A DNA stretch of 64,000 nt from the NCBI RefSeq assembly GCF_006345805.1, contig NC_042998.1, forward strand, positions 53,940,001 to 54,004,000. Direction: 5' to 3'. The position numbers and the translations under genes are program-made. This document shows positions 1 through 11,970 of the stretch, piece by piece (the first letter of the stretch is position 1; every line of letters begins with the position of its first letter). The stretch is from Octopus sinensis (Eukaryota). Under the pieces are notes generated by a model, which saw only the letters and a list, made by a program, of their open reading frames with translations, was not told the DNA's origin and did no database searches.

Positions 1-310
1 ACACGCCATACTGTTATGTATAAACAACTCTGTATATACATATGTACATATTCTGTTTTTCCAGTTTAAAACAACGTTTCTACTGAACCGGGAGACAATT
101 AATGGATATCTTGTATTGTTGTAAAACGTTGAGTTCCAACATTTCACCTGTCAGCTTTCTGTTTCTCATCATTGTCAAAATGACATGACTGTCATAAGAG
201 AGACAATGATAGAACGTCTACATGGTCACTCGTTCTGCTAGAAACAGCACACAGATCTCCAAATCTCCCTAAAAAATGAATTTATCATTGTATGGAAAGG
301 AAATGCTACA

Positions 311-559
311 TTTATTTCTTTACTGCCCACAAGGGGCTACACACAGAGGGAACATACAAGGACAGACAAATGGATTAAATCGTTTATATCAACCCCAGTG
401 CGTAACTGGTACTTATTTAATCAACCCCGACAGAATTGACAGAATTGACCCCCAATGGCAATGTTGACCTCAGTGGAATTTGAACTCAGAACGTAGCGGC
501 AGGCATAATACCACTAAGCATTTCGCCCGGCATGTTAACGTTTCTGCCAGCTCACCGCC
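311..559 (-). mobile_element. tRNA-derived SINE, family A1
   Basis: Minus strand reads ggcggtgagctggcagaaacgttaac (A-box-like) ... ttctgagttcaaattcc (B-box-like) ... tail gccccttgtgggcagtaaagaaata; matches more than 10 other copies in the window. Confidence 0.9.
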
Positions 560-710
560 AATGCTACATTGGTAGATGTAGTATTACTTGTTCCCCAAAA
601 AGTTGGGAAGATCACATTTGGAACGTCTTTCTTTGATTGTAAGTCTATTTGATTAGAACTGACCCAGTGTTAGACAATACTATGGAAGTTGCATTATCTC
701 ATTTTCTTAC

Positions 711-927
711 CTCGTTAATTTTATTTTTATATATATAACTGAATGTTAGACTTCCTGATTTAGTTTTCCTCTCTGCTATTTCCTCTTTCTCAAACTTATT
801 CACAATTCTCTTGGTGGTCTTTGAATGGACTTTGAAGATCAGAGAACGAATATTGCTGTAGCAGTGGAATGACCAATGCCTTGTATCCTTTGCAGAATAG
901 GAATAAGGCATATAGGTAATTTTCATT
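711..927 (-). CDS. Candidate internal exon of unidentified host gene
   Basis: tttag acceptor and GAG|GTAAGA donor bound 217 open bp (phase 2 to 0): MKITYMPYSYSAKDTRHWSFHCYSNIRSLIFK...KNKINE. Alternative phase-0 acceptor at 887. No recognisable homology. Confidence 0.35.
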
Positions 928-1274
928 CTAAATGTACTTGCTAGTAAGATGTTATTGAAATGTTGTTTTGTAAATGCATATATAATTAATGAGTATCAGG
1001 AGAGAAAAAACTTGTGATTTCAGTGCTAATTACAGGAGTACTAACTTCAAGGGTGATAGTCAATAATATTGAACCCATAACTTATTCTAGGATAGCTATC
1101 CCATAACACAATTAAGAAATCCCTTGGCATTCCTGTGTATATCAAAACTATGTTAATCAAATTTTATAATCAATTGGGATGATTAAAGTTAATTCTAGAA
1201 TATCAAAAACAATTTGGAATTACTTTAATTCATTCATTTATTTATTTATTCATGAATTATTTTTCTCTCCCCTT

Positions 1275-1860
1275 TTTAGAAAAAAATCTTCAAGAATGGA
1301 TTGGGCAGTTTTTACCTTTTTCCCTTCCTTGCATACATTTTGCCATAACGAGCAATTTAAATATTTAAACATCAGCAAATGAGCATACTTCAGTTGACAT
1401 TTAAATCCATATTCATTAGTTTGTTTTTTGGCTGTTTCTCTAATTCTCCCAAAATTCATCAAGCTCTTTCATTGTTATTTCTTTTGAGACATTTTCCATT
1501 ATTTAATTTTTTTTTTTTTTTTTTTGGATATCCCTTCCCTTCTTCTGTGCACGTTAATATTCAATTTCAATGAGATAATCATCAATTAAATCGTTTGAAT
1601 GTGAAGTCAAATAATTCACCAATATTGCTCAAATCAACATCCATGAAGCCAAGTTGTCTTCCAATGCTAGCAATTTCCTCAATGAGTTTATTTACTGGAT
1701 TTTTAAAGCTGTTAAAATCATTAACGCATTCCAGCAAAAGAATATTTCAGGCTGCTTTCACTCAGCTGGATGTCCCTTCTTGCCATGACACATGAATTTT
1801 TTCAACTGCTTTGCTAAATCCTCATCATCAGCATTATCATTTAATGTTCACTTTTCCATG
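1275..1860 (-). pseudogene. Tigger/pogo-like transposase C-terminal remnant
   Basis: Frameshifted peptides ECVNDFNSFKNPVNKLIEEIASIGRQLGFMDVDLSNIGELF, SHSNDLIDDYLIEIE and KKVKTAQSILEDFF resemble the Tigger transposase C-terminus; multiple stops. Confidence 0.65.
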
Positions 1861-1863
1861 CTT

Positions 1864-2165
1864 GTGGAGGTGCAATGGCCCAGTGTTTAGAGCAGTGGAC
1901 TCGCGGTCAGAGGATCGCTGTTTCGATTCCCTGACCAGGTGTTGTGTGTGTTTATTGAGCGAAAACACCTAAAAGCTCCACAAGGCTCCGGCAGGGGATG
2001 GTGGTGACCCCTGTTGTACTCTTTTGCTCCAAATTTCTCTCACTCTCTCTTCTGTTTCTTGAGTAATGCTATGATGGACTGGTGTCCCATCCAGCTGGGG
2101 GGAACACATACGCCACAGAAACCGGAAAACCATGCCCATGAGCCTGACTAGGCTTGATAAGGGTG
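1864..2165 (+). mobile_element. tRNA-derived SINE, family E
   Basis: tRNA-like head gtggaggtgcaatggcccagtg...tttcgattccc; body matches the reverse copies at 14181-14481 and 23545-23615. Confidence 0.88.
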
Positions 2166-2189
2166 ACGTTTATCGTTTTTTTCCATGCT

Positions 2190-2327
2190 TCCATTGGTCA
2201 GATGGAATTTGCTGAGGCAAATTTTCTACAGCTGTATGCCCTTTCTGATTGCCAACCCTCACCAATTTCTAAGCAAAATAATATTTCCCCACAGCCAGAC
2301 TTGTTTTTCACAGAGGACTGGAAACTG
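2190..2327 (+). repeat. Family D-related retroposon fragment (variant)
   Basis: ctacagctgtatgccctttctgattgccaacc motif shared with family D; related variants at 15650-15830 (-) and 54640-54790 (-). Confidence 0.6.
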
Positions 2328-2734
2328 CCTCACTTGTTTGATGATGGTCCTTTTCAATCATTAGGTAGTGTCTAGGCTAGGGGCTGGCCAACATGAGGCA
2401 GACTTTTATTTTGATACGTTCTTGAAATGGTTTTATCAAAAATTAAAGATTGTAATGAAAAGTGAAAAACAATGATACTACTGTTTTTGCAACGATGATA
2501 TTTCATGTTGAATCAACGATCATTCATTCATTATTGTAATAAGAGCATGAGAAAGCAAAATGCTTTCAATTCTGTCAGTATACAAGCGGCCCTCAAAAAA
2601 CCTTCTGTGATTAAAGTGGTCCACAATGTAATTCAAGTTGGCCAGGCCTGGTCTAAACAAAGTTACAAACAACACATACTTGCATGCATGCACACACACA
2701 CACAACATGTTTGCTTCAGTTACTGCCTAACGAA

Positions 2735-2871
2735 TTCACTAATAAGGTTTTGGTCAGCCTAGGACCATGGTGGACAACATTTGCCCAAGGTGCCTTGCCA
2801 TGGGACTGAACTCAAGTCCACATGGGATTTTGAATTTTGAAGCAAGCTTCTTAACCACCCAGCCATGCCTG
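2735..2871 (-). mobile_element. SINE family B, 5' fragment
   Basis: Reverse complement of the B head (ggttaagaagcttgct...ttcagtccc...accttgggcaa). Confidence 0.7.
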
Positions 2872-2898
2872 GATCTAGCAATGCCAATGCTTACCTAC

Positions 2899-3007
2899 AC
2901 ACATTCCTTTCTGCTAATTTTCCAACTTTCTTGAAAAGTAATAGCATCTTCTCCAGTAGGAACTTTCAATGACTCTGAGAAAGCCCTTTGAATATTATAA
3001 GCCATGA
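2899..3007 (-). CDS. Weak candidate exon
   Basis: ttctttag acceptor; open frame MAYNIQRAFSESLKVPTGEDAITFQESWKISRKEC with GTAGGT donor (phase 1 to 2). The stronger GTAAGC donor 4 nt downstream would include a stop. Confidence 0.2.
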
Positions 3008-3132
3008 CTAAAGAATTTTGCCAAGATCAGCTTCGCCTATCATCATTCCAGAAGGAATAAAATAAAGTACCAGTGTTAGTTTAATCAACTGTACTCTCTC
3101 TCCTTAAACCAGTGCTTTGGTCCCTGTGTTAA

Positions 3133-3596
3133 CCCTTTTGATATCAACCCTGCTGAAACCACCTCTGGCTCTGCTGTACTTGTTTTCAAAAGTTCTGAAC
3201 TAAAATCTTCTTATTTCTTTACTGCCCACAAGGGGCTACACACAGAGGGGACAGACAAAGGCAGACAAACGGATTAAGTCGATTATATCGACCCCAGTGC
3301 GTAACTGATTCTTATTTAATCAACCCCGAAAGGATGAAAGGCAAAGTCAACCTCGGTGGAATTTGAACTCAGAACGTAAAGATAGACAAAACACCGCTAA
3401 GCATTTCACCCGGCATGCTAACATTTCTGCCAGCTTGCCAGCTTTTCTAACTAAAATCTTCTGCCAAACCTTAATCACAATTTGTTCCTAACACTAGCTT
3501 AATGGTAACTATATTATTTTACTAAATTCTTTGTTATATTTAAAATTAATTGAAAGAAACACAGAGCATGTCAAAAGGAATGTGGTAACAAAAGGG
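3133..3596 (+). mobile_element. TTAA-flanked MITE family F, interrupted by a SINE
   Basis: ttaa|ccctttt start and aaaaggg|ataa end; matches the intact 221-bp copy at 44302-44522 once the SINE is removed. Confidence 0.85.
3211..3440 (-). mobile_element. SINE family A1 nested in MITE F
   Basis: Full A1 sequence flanked by 13-bp direct repeat aactaaaatcttc (3198-3210 and 3449-3461). Confidence 0.92.
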
Positions 3597-3604
3597 ATAA
3601 ATAT

Positions 3605-3642
<38 letters not shown>

Positions 3643-4069
3643 AACATTATTTTTATGGAAGTAGAAGAAAAATATTGAAACTAAATAAGATTTCAAACCT
3701 CAAACTTTTGAGGAATGCATTCCTAAATACTTTGAAGAAAAGAAACAAAAAACAAGCAAAATAATAAATAAAAACAGCAAAGGTCAGATATAGTATTTAC
3801 TTAATAAGAAAAAAGTTGCTGAGTACTGAGATCTTTAACTTCAGTGAAAGTGTCATAAATATCAATATAAAAGAATGTTTAAATGACATAGGCAATATAT
3901 CATTCAGGTATTGGACTTAAGATTTAAGAAATATCTTCAAGTATTTTCTAGTCGATTTTAAAGTTAAGACTAATATTTTATAAAAGGGCTTAAACTTTAG
4001 AGGAAAATATAAAATTAACTTTAAAATTACATACAAAAAATGAAAGAAATAAATGATAATCTTTTCTAT

Positions 4070-4200
4070 TATAGGCACAAAGCCTCAACTTTTGGGGGAG
4101 GGGACTAGTCAATTACATTGATCCCAGAATTTCCCTGGTACTTAATCTATCGACACAGAAAGAATGAAAGGCAATGTCAACCTCAATGGAATTTGAATTC
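4070..4200 (-). mobile_element. SINE family A2, 3' part
   Basis: A body plus the A2 tail (cccctcccccaaaagttgaggctttgtgcc). Confidence 0.7.
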
Positions 4201-4277
4201 ACCTCAGCGATAATAAAAAACAACCTTATTTGCATTATTTACATTTGACAGATATTTGTCCTCTTCTTATTTGTTGT

Positions 4278-4316
4278 TAACACGTTTCGGCTGATATACC
4301 CTCCAACCTTCATCAG
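4278..4316 (-). ncRNA. Truncated minimal hammerhead-like motif (Penelope-type)
   Basis: Minus strand CUGAUGA-A-GGUUG-loop-CAGCC-GAAACGUGUU; the 5' strand of helix I is missing. Confidence 0.5.
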
Positions 4317-4529
4317 ATTATAGCAAAAGTATGAAAAAAGGCTTTGTGTGCAAAATTTTGTTAGTAGATTTACCGGAAGAAAAATTTTACCACTTAATAA
4401 AACCATTGTTAAAAAACTAAAAAACTTTTTGTAGATCAGATCATATAGTTGTAATAGTTTCCAGTTAGTTCTTTCTAACCTTCACATAGGCTACTCACAC
4501 AGCTTTTTCTTTTATATCGACAGTCTTAC

Positions 4530-4679
4530 ATTGTAGTTAGCCAAGGATGTATATTTTACAGATGGATATCTCCAGTGCAGTCCCTCTCCAAACATATGGG
4601 TGTTTTGCTTCTGAATAATAGCCACACATTTAACTTGAAAATGGTAAACTTCATGTTTAGCCATTAAGTCATTCTCACA
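4530..4679 (-). CDS. Candidate internal exon of unidentified host gene
   Basis: tatag acceptor, AAT|GTAAGA donor; 150 bp open only in phase 0: CENDLMAKHEVYHFQVKCVAIIQKQNTHMFGEGLHWRYPSVKYTSLANYN. Confidence 0.4.
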
Positions 4680-6188
4680 CTATACCACAATATAAATGGT
4701 ATCACTCTACAAGCCTTTTCCATTTTGCTTAAATCTGTTACAACCTTCTAATTTTTAAAAGTCTGTTCATTAGCTATTGTTTATAGTACCTTATATCAAT
4801 TGACTCTTACTATTCAAGGAAACAACACATCTAGCATCCAATAGGGTGCTATTGACAAGATATATTTAAGCTATCTTTAGGAATCACAAATTAGTGTTAT
4901 TTGATATTAAACTAATTGAATCTATAGATATTTTATACTATCCCATAATTTAATTAATGTTTTAATGAAATAAAAACAAAATTATCAGTAATCTGGCTTA
5001 AGTCTGTGTAGCAAAGGCAAGCCAGGTGATTAATATCCAGATAAGACATGAGTGATAATGAAACAAAAATACAGTGTACAAAATCAGTATGTTTAATGCT
5101 GTAGAGGAAAAGGAGGCTAAGTCAATGTTTTAGACAGTAATCCTTCTTCAAGGCAATAGTAGAAGGAAAGGAAAATAAAGCAATATTAGATCAAAGATAT
5201 AAGATTCTTGAATGATAGATGCCACCCAAATAATGGGATATAGAACACCTTTCACTACCATAAGCATCGACAGCAGCACTAGAGATAGTTTTATCTATAG
5301 TCTTAACATCAACACTTCGAATGTCTTCATGTCAACATATACCTTAAAAGCTGAGCAGTAAGATGAGATAATTTCAAAGCATTAAATTATAGAAATTCAC
5401 TTTCTATTCTTGATATGTCAACAGTATTCACAACAAAATGGCTTCAATGCATATCTATAATTATCTCCTGCACTTTGGTGCATATCTGTAATACATATAT
5501 ACACACACACACACACACAACACACACACATACACACACACAGTGACTTGTAATGGATTTACTGCTAAAATTTGATTTTTATTGTGACAGTGATTCTCTA
5601 AATGCATATATTGCTGTACCCAATTTTTTTTCCCTTTTATATTTTTATCTTGCCTAAAATTAGTAAGAAAAAGACTTTCACTTCATAGAACATCACCAAA
5701 TCATATTCTCATATTTTTGACAGTGAGTATTGCTTGAGTGAAGACATTAGATAAGCTTCCAAAATAGAGATTTAATTCAATTTCAGCAAATGCAATGCTA
5801 CTAGTTTAAATTCATGGACAATCGTATGTTAAGCAATGAAGTTGGGTAACTAAAAGGAGCTACTACTAAACTGATTGTAAATTAGTCTATTTAAGATGAA
5901 CTGCAGAGTTCAACTTTTGATAATTCCCCAAATTCACTTTCAATGATTTTATCTTAAATTAGTCTACTCTCACGCTCCAAGAGCTAAATCTCTATACTCT
6001 AAATGCTACCATTTGGTTTAACTGCTAAATTTAACCATTAATCATAAATGCCACAGAGTTCAGCTAGTGAGTTCCTCCAGTAAATCATCTCCACCAAAAT
6101 GATCTTTACCACATCTCTCAAGTTTCTGAAAAATTTAAATAATACGGGAGGCAAACAACTGCGACTTATTAGAAGTGTTGATAATATA

Positions 6189-6392
6189 CAGGGGGTCCCA
6201 GAAGTCGTGCACCATTCTGGTTTTCATTTAAAATAAAGCATTTTATTCTATTATATTTTTCAGCATGTTTTATTGATGAGGGTACTCAATTTGAGCATTT
6301 GTTGCAATTAATTTCAATAAAGTGTTTTTGAAATCAATAAGGATGTATTCTTTTAAAAAACCAGGATGGTGTGCAACTTCCGGGACACTCTG
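6189..6392. mobile_element. Tc1/mariner-like MITE
   Basis: 36-bp imperfect TIRs cagggggtcccagaagtcgtgcaccattctggtttt / aaaaccaggatggtgtgcaacttccgggacactctg (about 29/36 match); TA on the left flank only. Confidence 0.65.
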
Positions 6393-6610
6393 GGCATATA
6401 TGTGTGAACCAACTTTCCTTGCTTTGTACGATAGTATTTTAATATAAACAATGGTATTTTAATATAAACTTTCTTTTTATCAATGAAGCTAAGAATACCT
6501 AAAGTAAAATTACATTTAAACATTAATCTAATGTACTTTCTTTTATTCTTTTACTTGCTTCAGTAATTTGGCTGTAGCCATGCTGGAACATCACCTTGAA
6601 GGGCTTTAGT

Positions 6611-6691
6611 CATATATATATATATATATATATATGTACATATATATATACATATATAGGTGTATATATATATATATATATGTACATATAT

Positions 6692-6743
<52 letters not shown>

Positions 6744-6745
6744 AT
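6611..6745. repeat. (TA)n/(TG)n compound microsatellite
   Basis: Directly visible; follows a B 3' fragment at about 6558-6610. Confidence 0.95.
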
Positions 6746-7104
6746 GCACATGAGCCATCTAAGAAAGCATAAATCAGAGAAAAAATGCACTCATATATCT
6801 GTCAGTAAAGTGGGTATATTATCTGAAATGTATAGTATTAAATATCCATCGCGGCTTGTCTTCTTAATTGATTTTACATAAAGAGTGTTAGGTAACAAAT
6901 CAATTATATAACTTCATGCTCATCAGAGTTAGCCAATATGGAAAGGAATATGGGGAATGCTCTCTACTGTCAGAGGTGGATTAGCACAACCAGTTAGTGG
7001 CTGCTATGAAAAAGGCTCGTCACCTAACACTCCATTGTATTCTTTATGCGAAACCAATTGGTAAAATCAGCCATAATGGGTAATTAATACTATGCATTTC
7101 AGAT

Positions 7105-7300
7105 AATGTGTGTGTGTGTGTGTGTGTGTGTGTTTGTCTCCCACCACTGCATGACAGCCATAACTTAGCAGTTTGGCAACGCAGAGATCGATAGTATAGG
7201 TACCAGGCTTAAAATAGTATAGGTTCCAGGCTGGGGTCGATTTGTATTGACTAAAACCCTTCAAGGCAATGCCCCAGCATGGCCGCAGTCTAATGACTGA
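7105..7300 (+). mobile_element. SINE family B, 3' half
   Basis: aacttagcagtttggc...ggggtcgattt...ccccagcatggccgcagtctaatgactga. Confidence 0.75.
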
Positions 7301-7542
7301 TGATGAAATGTTAATTGCAGCCATTAAACTGCAAATTATTTGTAGAACCTCGTCATTCAGGTGAAAGAATTTGGGTTAATTTCTTGTTTTAATTTCTTTT
7401 GTATATAAAAGTGTAATACAACAAATGGAGCATGATTTAGATTCACTACAACATGGTCAATAGTCTAATTCCTTAGTAACACAATAATTATGTAATTTTA
7501 GAATTTAGATTAGTTGATAATATTTGGCTTCTGAAAACATGG

Positions 7543-7608
7543 CATTATTATTATTATTATTATCATTGTTGTTGCTGTTGTTGCTGTTGTTGCTGTTGTT
7601 GTTGTTGT
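7543..7608. repeat. (ATT)n/(GTT,GCT)n microsatellite
   Basis: Directly visible; abuts the end of family C. Confidence 0.9.
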
Positions 7609-7609
7609 G

Positions 7610-8106
7610 TGAGAGAGCAGTGCATGCCATCAAAGTGACACTGGGGTAAAATATACGAAGCCCAGTATCCCCATCATGACTATCCATCTGATAAGGGTAC
7701 ACTAGGCACTTGCATCACAACCAAATGTGTGCAACATGGTGATCTCATATCAAGAGAAACAGCGTATGACCTTGCAGGTGGGGCCCAGTTAGAATTTTCT
7801 TCTGGTTGAGAAGCCCATCCCACTCAAAAGGTCCCTGAATAAGGATTGTTTAAGGATGTTGAACGAAACACCCATGTTTCCAGAGGTGAGTTATTCAAAC
7901 CCCAAAGAATCCCACTCAACACATGGCTATGATGCTCCCCACTACTTCTGCTCATGATCAAAGATGCACGTATCGTCAGCCACTAAGGGTCATGCTCAAC
8001 TGACAAGCAAATCTGTGGTATTGAGCAGAATATTTGCTGTAGACCATCTTTTATACCAAGACAAAACAATGTACATGAAAACACTTCCAATCAGTTAAGA
8101 TCAGGG
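7610..8106 (-). mobile_element. Family C, about 500-bp retroposon-like repeat
   Basis: Closely matches 27990-28455; both copies end in a trinucleotide microsatellite on the same side; no tRNA head seen. Confidence 0.8.
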
Positions 8107-8735
8107 TGCAAATTCTGACCAGGTCGACTTTGTTCTTCATCCTTTCAGGGTTGATAAAATAACTACCAGTCGAACACTGGGGTCGGTGTAATCAGCACAT
8201 CCCCTCCCCCAGAATTGCTGTCCTTGTAACAAAATTTGAAACCATAATTATTATTAAAGCAGCAATCTGGCAGAAATGTTAACATGCCGGGTAAAATGCT
8301 TAGCAACATTTTGTCTGTCATTGTTCTGAGTTCAAATTCCACTGAGGTCAAATTTGCCTTTCATCCTTTCAGAGTCACTGAATTAAGTACCAGTCAAGTA
8401 CTGGGGTCGATGAGATCCATTATTCTCCTCCCCACAAAAATCCAGGCTTTGTGCCTATATTAGAAAGCATTATTATTATTATTATTATTATTATCTTCAT
8501 CATCATCATCATTCAGGCAGCAAGCTGGCAGAAGCATTAGCACACAGGGCAAAATGCATAGTGGCATTTCATCATCCCTCTTTATGTTCTGAGTTCAAAT
8601 TCTGCTGAAGTCAACTTTGCCTTTTCATCCTTTTGGAGTTGATAAAATAAGTACCAGTTGAGTACTTAGGTTGAGGTAATCAACTTACCCCTTCCTACGA
8701 AATTGCTGGCCTTGTGTCGAAATTTGAAATCATTA
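8107..8735 (+). mobile_element. Three head-to-tail SINE A2 copies
   Basis: Copies at about 8107-8250, 8258-8466 and 8515-8735, same orientation, separated by (att)n/(cat)n. Confidence 0.8.
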
Positions 8736-9027
8736 TTATTATTTTTGTTGCTGTGTAACCATGGGCCAGCCATCTTCAAGCAAACTTATAATCAAAAACG
8801 TTTCTACTATGTCTCAATACTACTACATTACCTGACATGGACTTTTTTTTAAGACCTTAAGGTGAGAACCAAGTTTATTTGTAGTATGTCATGTGATTAC
8901 ATAGGAACTCTTTCATTGGTTTGTTTCATTTTACTCTTATTTTCCAGCAAAATTTATAGTTTCTTGAGTTGTATCACTTATCAAAGAATTGGTATTTAAA
9001 ATAGAATAAAAGCATCCAGATTATTAC

Positions 9028-9122
9028 AATCATTTCACTTTTGATTCGTAGACTGGAAATGATATTCATAAGATTTATTGATTTCTGAAGCCCCCATGTA
9101 GAGATTTCTGATGCAGCATAGT
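9028..9122 (-). CDS. Candidate exon
   Basis: ttcacacag acceptor, GTAATA donor, 95 bp phase 1 to 0: YAASEISTWGLQKSINLMNIISSLRIKSEMI; phase-compatible with 4530-4679. Confidence 0.25.
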
Positions 9123-9413
9123 CTGTGTGAACAGCAATTCACAAACTTCATATAAAGGGTGATTTTAAACAGACATAATATCTTTGAAGAAATTTTACTT
9201 TGATTTTATTTCATACTTCTGTTTTGTTCAAATCCAGTCCTGTATTTTAAGTTTGGTTGATAAACTACAAAGCTGTGACAAACAGTATGCTAAATTCAGA
9301 ATTCAGAGAAACTAGATTGATTTTTTTTTTTTTGTTTAGAAATCATATAGTTGTTGATTAGCTTCAGGTCACCTCTGAGTAGATTAAAGGCATTCCAACA
9401 GTGACCACCCTGT

Positions 9414-9449
<36 letters not shown>

Positions 9450-10469
9450 AAGATAGGATAAAATCTTTATAAGAATTTATCAAGTAGTAGCGTGAAAAAC
9501 CTAAGAGAAAAAAAAAGCCATCAATTTTTTTTCTTTAAATGTATTCATTTTTATTTTATAGAGGGTATTATTACACATAAATGCCACAAGCTAGGAGTCA
9601 AAACTACTAAAATAAACATATCGTACCGAAAGCAAGTCTTGAAGCAAATCATTTAAAAACAGAATTTAGCTGCAGATCACCAGTGATTTCGTAATTAGTG
9701 CAGTTATATGCACTCTTCACTCATTGGTGCAAGCATAATTCAAGATCTATAATGAATGAACAAAAATAACATACCAGACGAACAACTGTCACATACACCG
9801 TAGTATCTCAAACTGTTCACCCCTTACACATCTATGTAAATTATTAATTTAACCAGAGTATATTCAATAATGAATTTTTATTCTGAATAAGCACGTTGTT
9901 ACCAAAATGCAATTCAAAAGAGCCCACCATTTACATTTGTACCTCAGTTTATGCCTTCCTTGTTTGCGTCTGGATACATGGTTGTCAGTCATACAACAGC
10001 TGTCTGTGTACATGGTTGTCAGTCATTCTGATGACATGGCCAGTCCAGCATAATTGATAGAATAAGAACCAGGTTCAAAAAAATAATGATAATATGTACT
10101 GGGGTCAATTCATTCGACTATAAATTCTTTAAGGTGGTGCCCCAGCATGGCCATAGTCTAATGACTGAAACTAGTAAAAGATAACAGATACAAGATACAT
10201 ACAGTATATCAGGTAGATCGTAGACTATTCAGGTATTACCCAGTCTCTGAATCTCTTCTAAAATAAACCTCTAAATCGTATAAAGAATACAAAATAGCTC
10301 ACCACATAACAGGTGGTATACTGGTATACCAACACCATATGCAGACCACCAACACAATGAAACAAATATTAAATATGAAGGACCTCCTGGACATAAGAAG
10401 CTCACAGTTTGTTTCCCCAGTTTTAAATTTTATCTGTCACAATTGCTTAAACGACATGAAAAATCACCT

Positions 10470-10935
10470 TCAAGCATCTAGATATAATGGTTGAGTGGTA
10501 ACCATGTTACTTTGCTGTAACATGGTTTTGGTTCATTCCTACTGTGTGACTTCTCGGGCATTTGTTTTCTATAGCCCTAGGCTGAACCAATGACTTATAA
10601 GTGAATTTGGTTGACAAAGGCTATGTGAAAGACTGTCATATTTATGTGTGTATGTGTGCGTGTGCATGCATGTGTATTCGATGCGTGTGCATGTGTGTGT
10701 GTGTGTGTGCGATGTGTGTGTGCTTGTGTGCGATGTGTGTGTGTATGTGTATCTTTATGTTTGTTTTACCTCCACCACTGCTTGACAACCAGTGTTTGCT
10801 TGTTTACACCACTGTAACTTAGCAGTGCTGCAAAAGAGATTGACAGAATAAGTACTGGGATCAATTTGGTATCTAAACCCTTCGAGGCAGTGCCCCAGTA
10901 TGGCTATAGTCAAATGATAGAAACAAATAAAAGAT
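10470..10935 (+). mobile_element. SINE family B, diverged copy
   Basis: Decayed head, internal (TG)n, B 3' end; a further B 3' fragment lies at 10040-10185. Confidence 0.75.
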
Positions 10936-11143
10936 AATAATCAAAACAACCAGAACACTCCTATAATGGAATACCACCACCAGAACATCCTAAAAAAATA
11001 CAAACTCATAAATACGAAACAGAGAACAGTTCTAAGCTAGGTAAACAGTGTATGACTGAAACATTGGATGTAAGAGTCACACTAATCATTTGGCCTGCAT
11101 ACATGCTATAGAACTGCTTGATCAAAGCTGAACTGAAGCTTAA

Positions 11144-11360
11144 CCCTTTAGCATTTTAACCAGCTATATCTCGTCCAAATATGCTACTTGCTTTATGTTC
11201 TAGCCAGCCAAATCTAGCCTATCACGCTTACCTTTCAATGCCATTCTAAAAATATAGAAGTAATTCAAAATTTCAAAGTTACGTGATAATGCATGATTAT
11301 TTCAAAACTATGTGAATAAAAAAGCATTATTTTTGACAGAATAATCTGAATGCTAAAATG
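11144..11360 (+). mobile_element. TTAA-flanked MITE family G
   Basis: ttaa|ccctttagcatt ... aatgctaaaatg|ttaa; 217 bp; six further copies in the window. Confidence 0.85.
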
Positions 11361-11577
11361 TTAAATAATAATTACATTACTTGCAGTACCTATGGAAATT
11401 CCATGGTAAATGTAAAATCTTTTAGGTGTTTGGAAGTTTATGCAGAACCATAAAAATTAGTGTTTCTTTTGAAATTGAATATTCTGCATTATTTTCATTT
11501 GAATAAACCTTTCAGATCTTCTGGAGAAGGCTGTTATTGAGGGAGCATGACTTCCCCTTCTCACAGCAGTTTCCAAA

Positions 11578-11970
11578 TCTCTCTATATATAAAGCTGAAG
11601 TTGTCTATGTATGGCAGGTTTGGTAGCCTTCAACTAATACTAACTCCTCCGAGACCCTGCGGCACAAGTTGACCAAAATTGACAGTATGATAGAAGAAGG
11701 CTTACTCTTCCTTCTGTAGAAGAAAAAATTCAAAACAGACCATGTTAACACCAAAAATTATTTACATCAAAAAGGTGCTTTTTTTCTATGAAAATCCTTA
11801 TTTTTTTACGATTTTTTGACTGCTGTGCCACTATTTTTTGATGTATTTCAGCCAGAAAAATGTTCACTTAAAGAGAATAACAAGCTACATAATGCAAAAT
11901 GTTTACTTTTCAAAAATTCCAATTCTAAAGGGTCAAAACAAACCCAAGCAACGCCGGGTGATACTGCTAG
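11578..11970 (+). mobile_element. Non-autonomous Helitron, family H1
   Basis: A|TC 5' end, 3' hairpin cccaagcaacgccggg, CTAG|T 3' end, no TSD; second copy at 60029-60354. Confidence 0.88.

Noticed and set aside
1864-1940. tRNA-like sequences at SINE heads (also 14410-14481, 19530-19596, 37752-37820)
   Set aside because: No complete cloverleaf or acceptor stem; each continues into a SINE body
5118-5155. Minus-strand ttgaagaaggattactgtctaaaacattg resembling a hammerhead core
   Set aside because: Both core blocks are mutated (CUGA to UUGA, GAAA to AAAA) and there is no helix I; at most a dead remnant
6008-6125. Strong minus-strand acceptor tttttcag with 21-29 open codons
   Set aside because: Both open frames stop before any convincing donor
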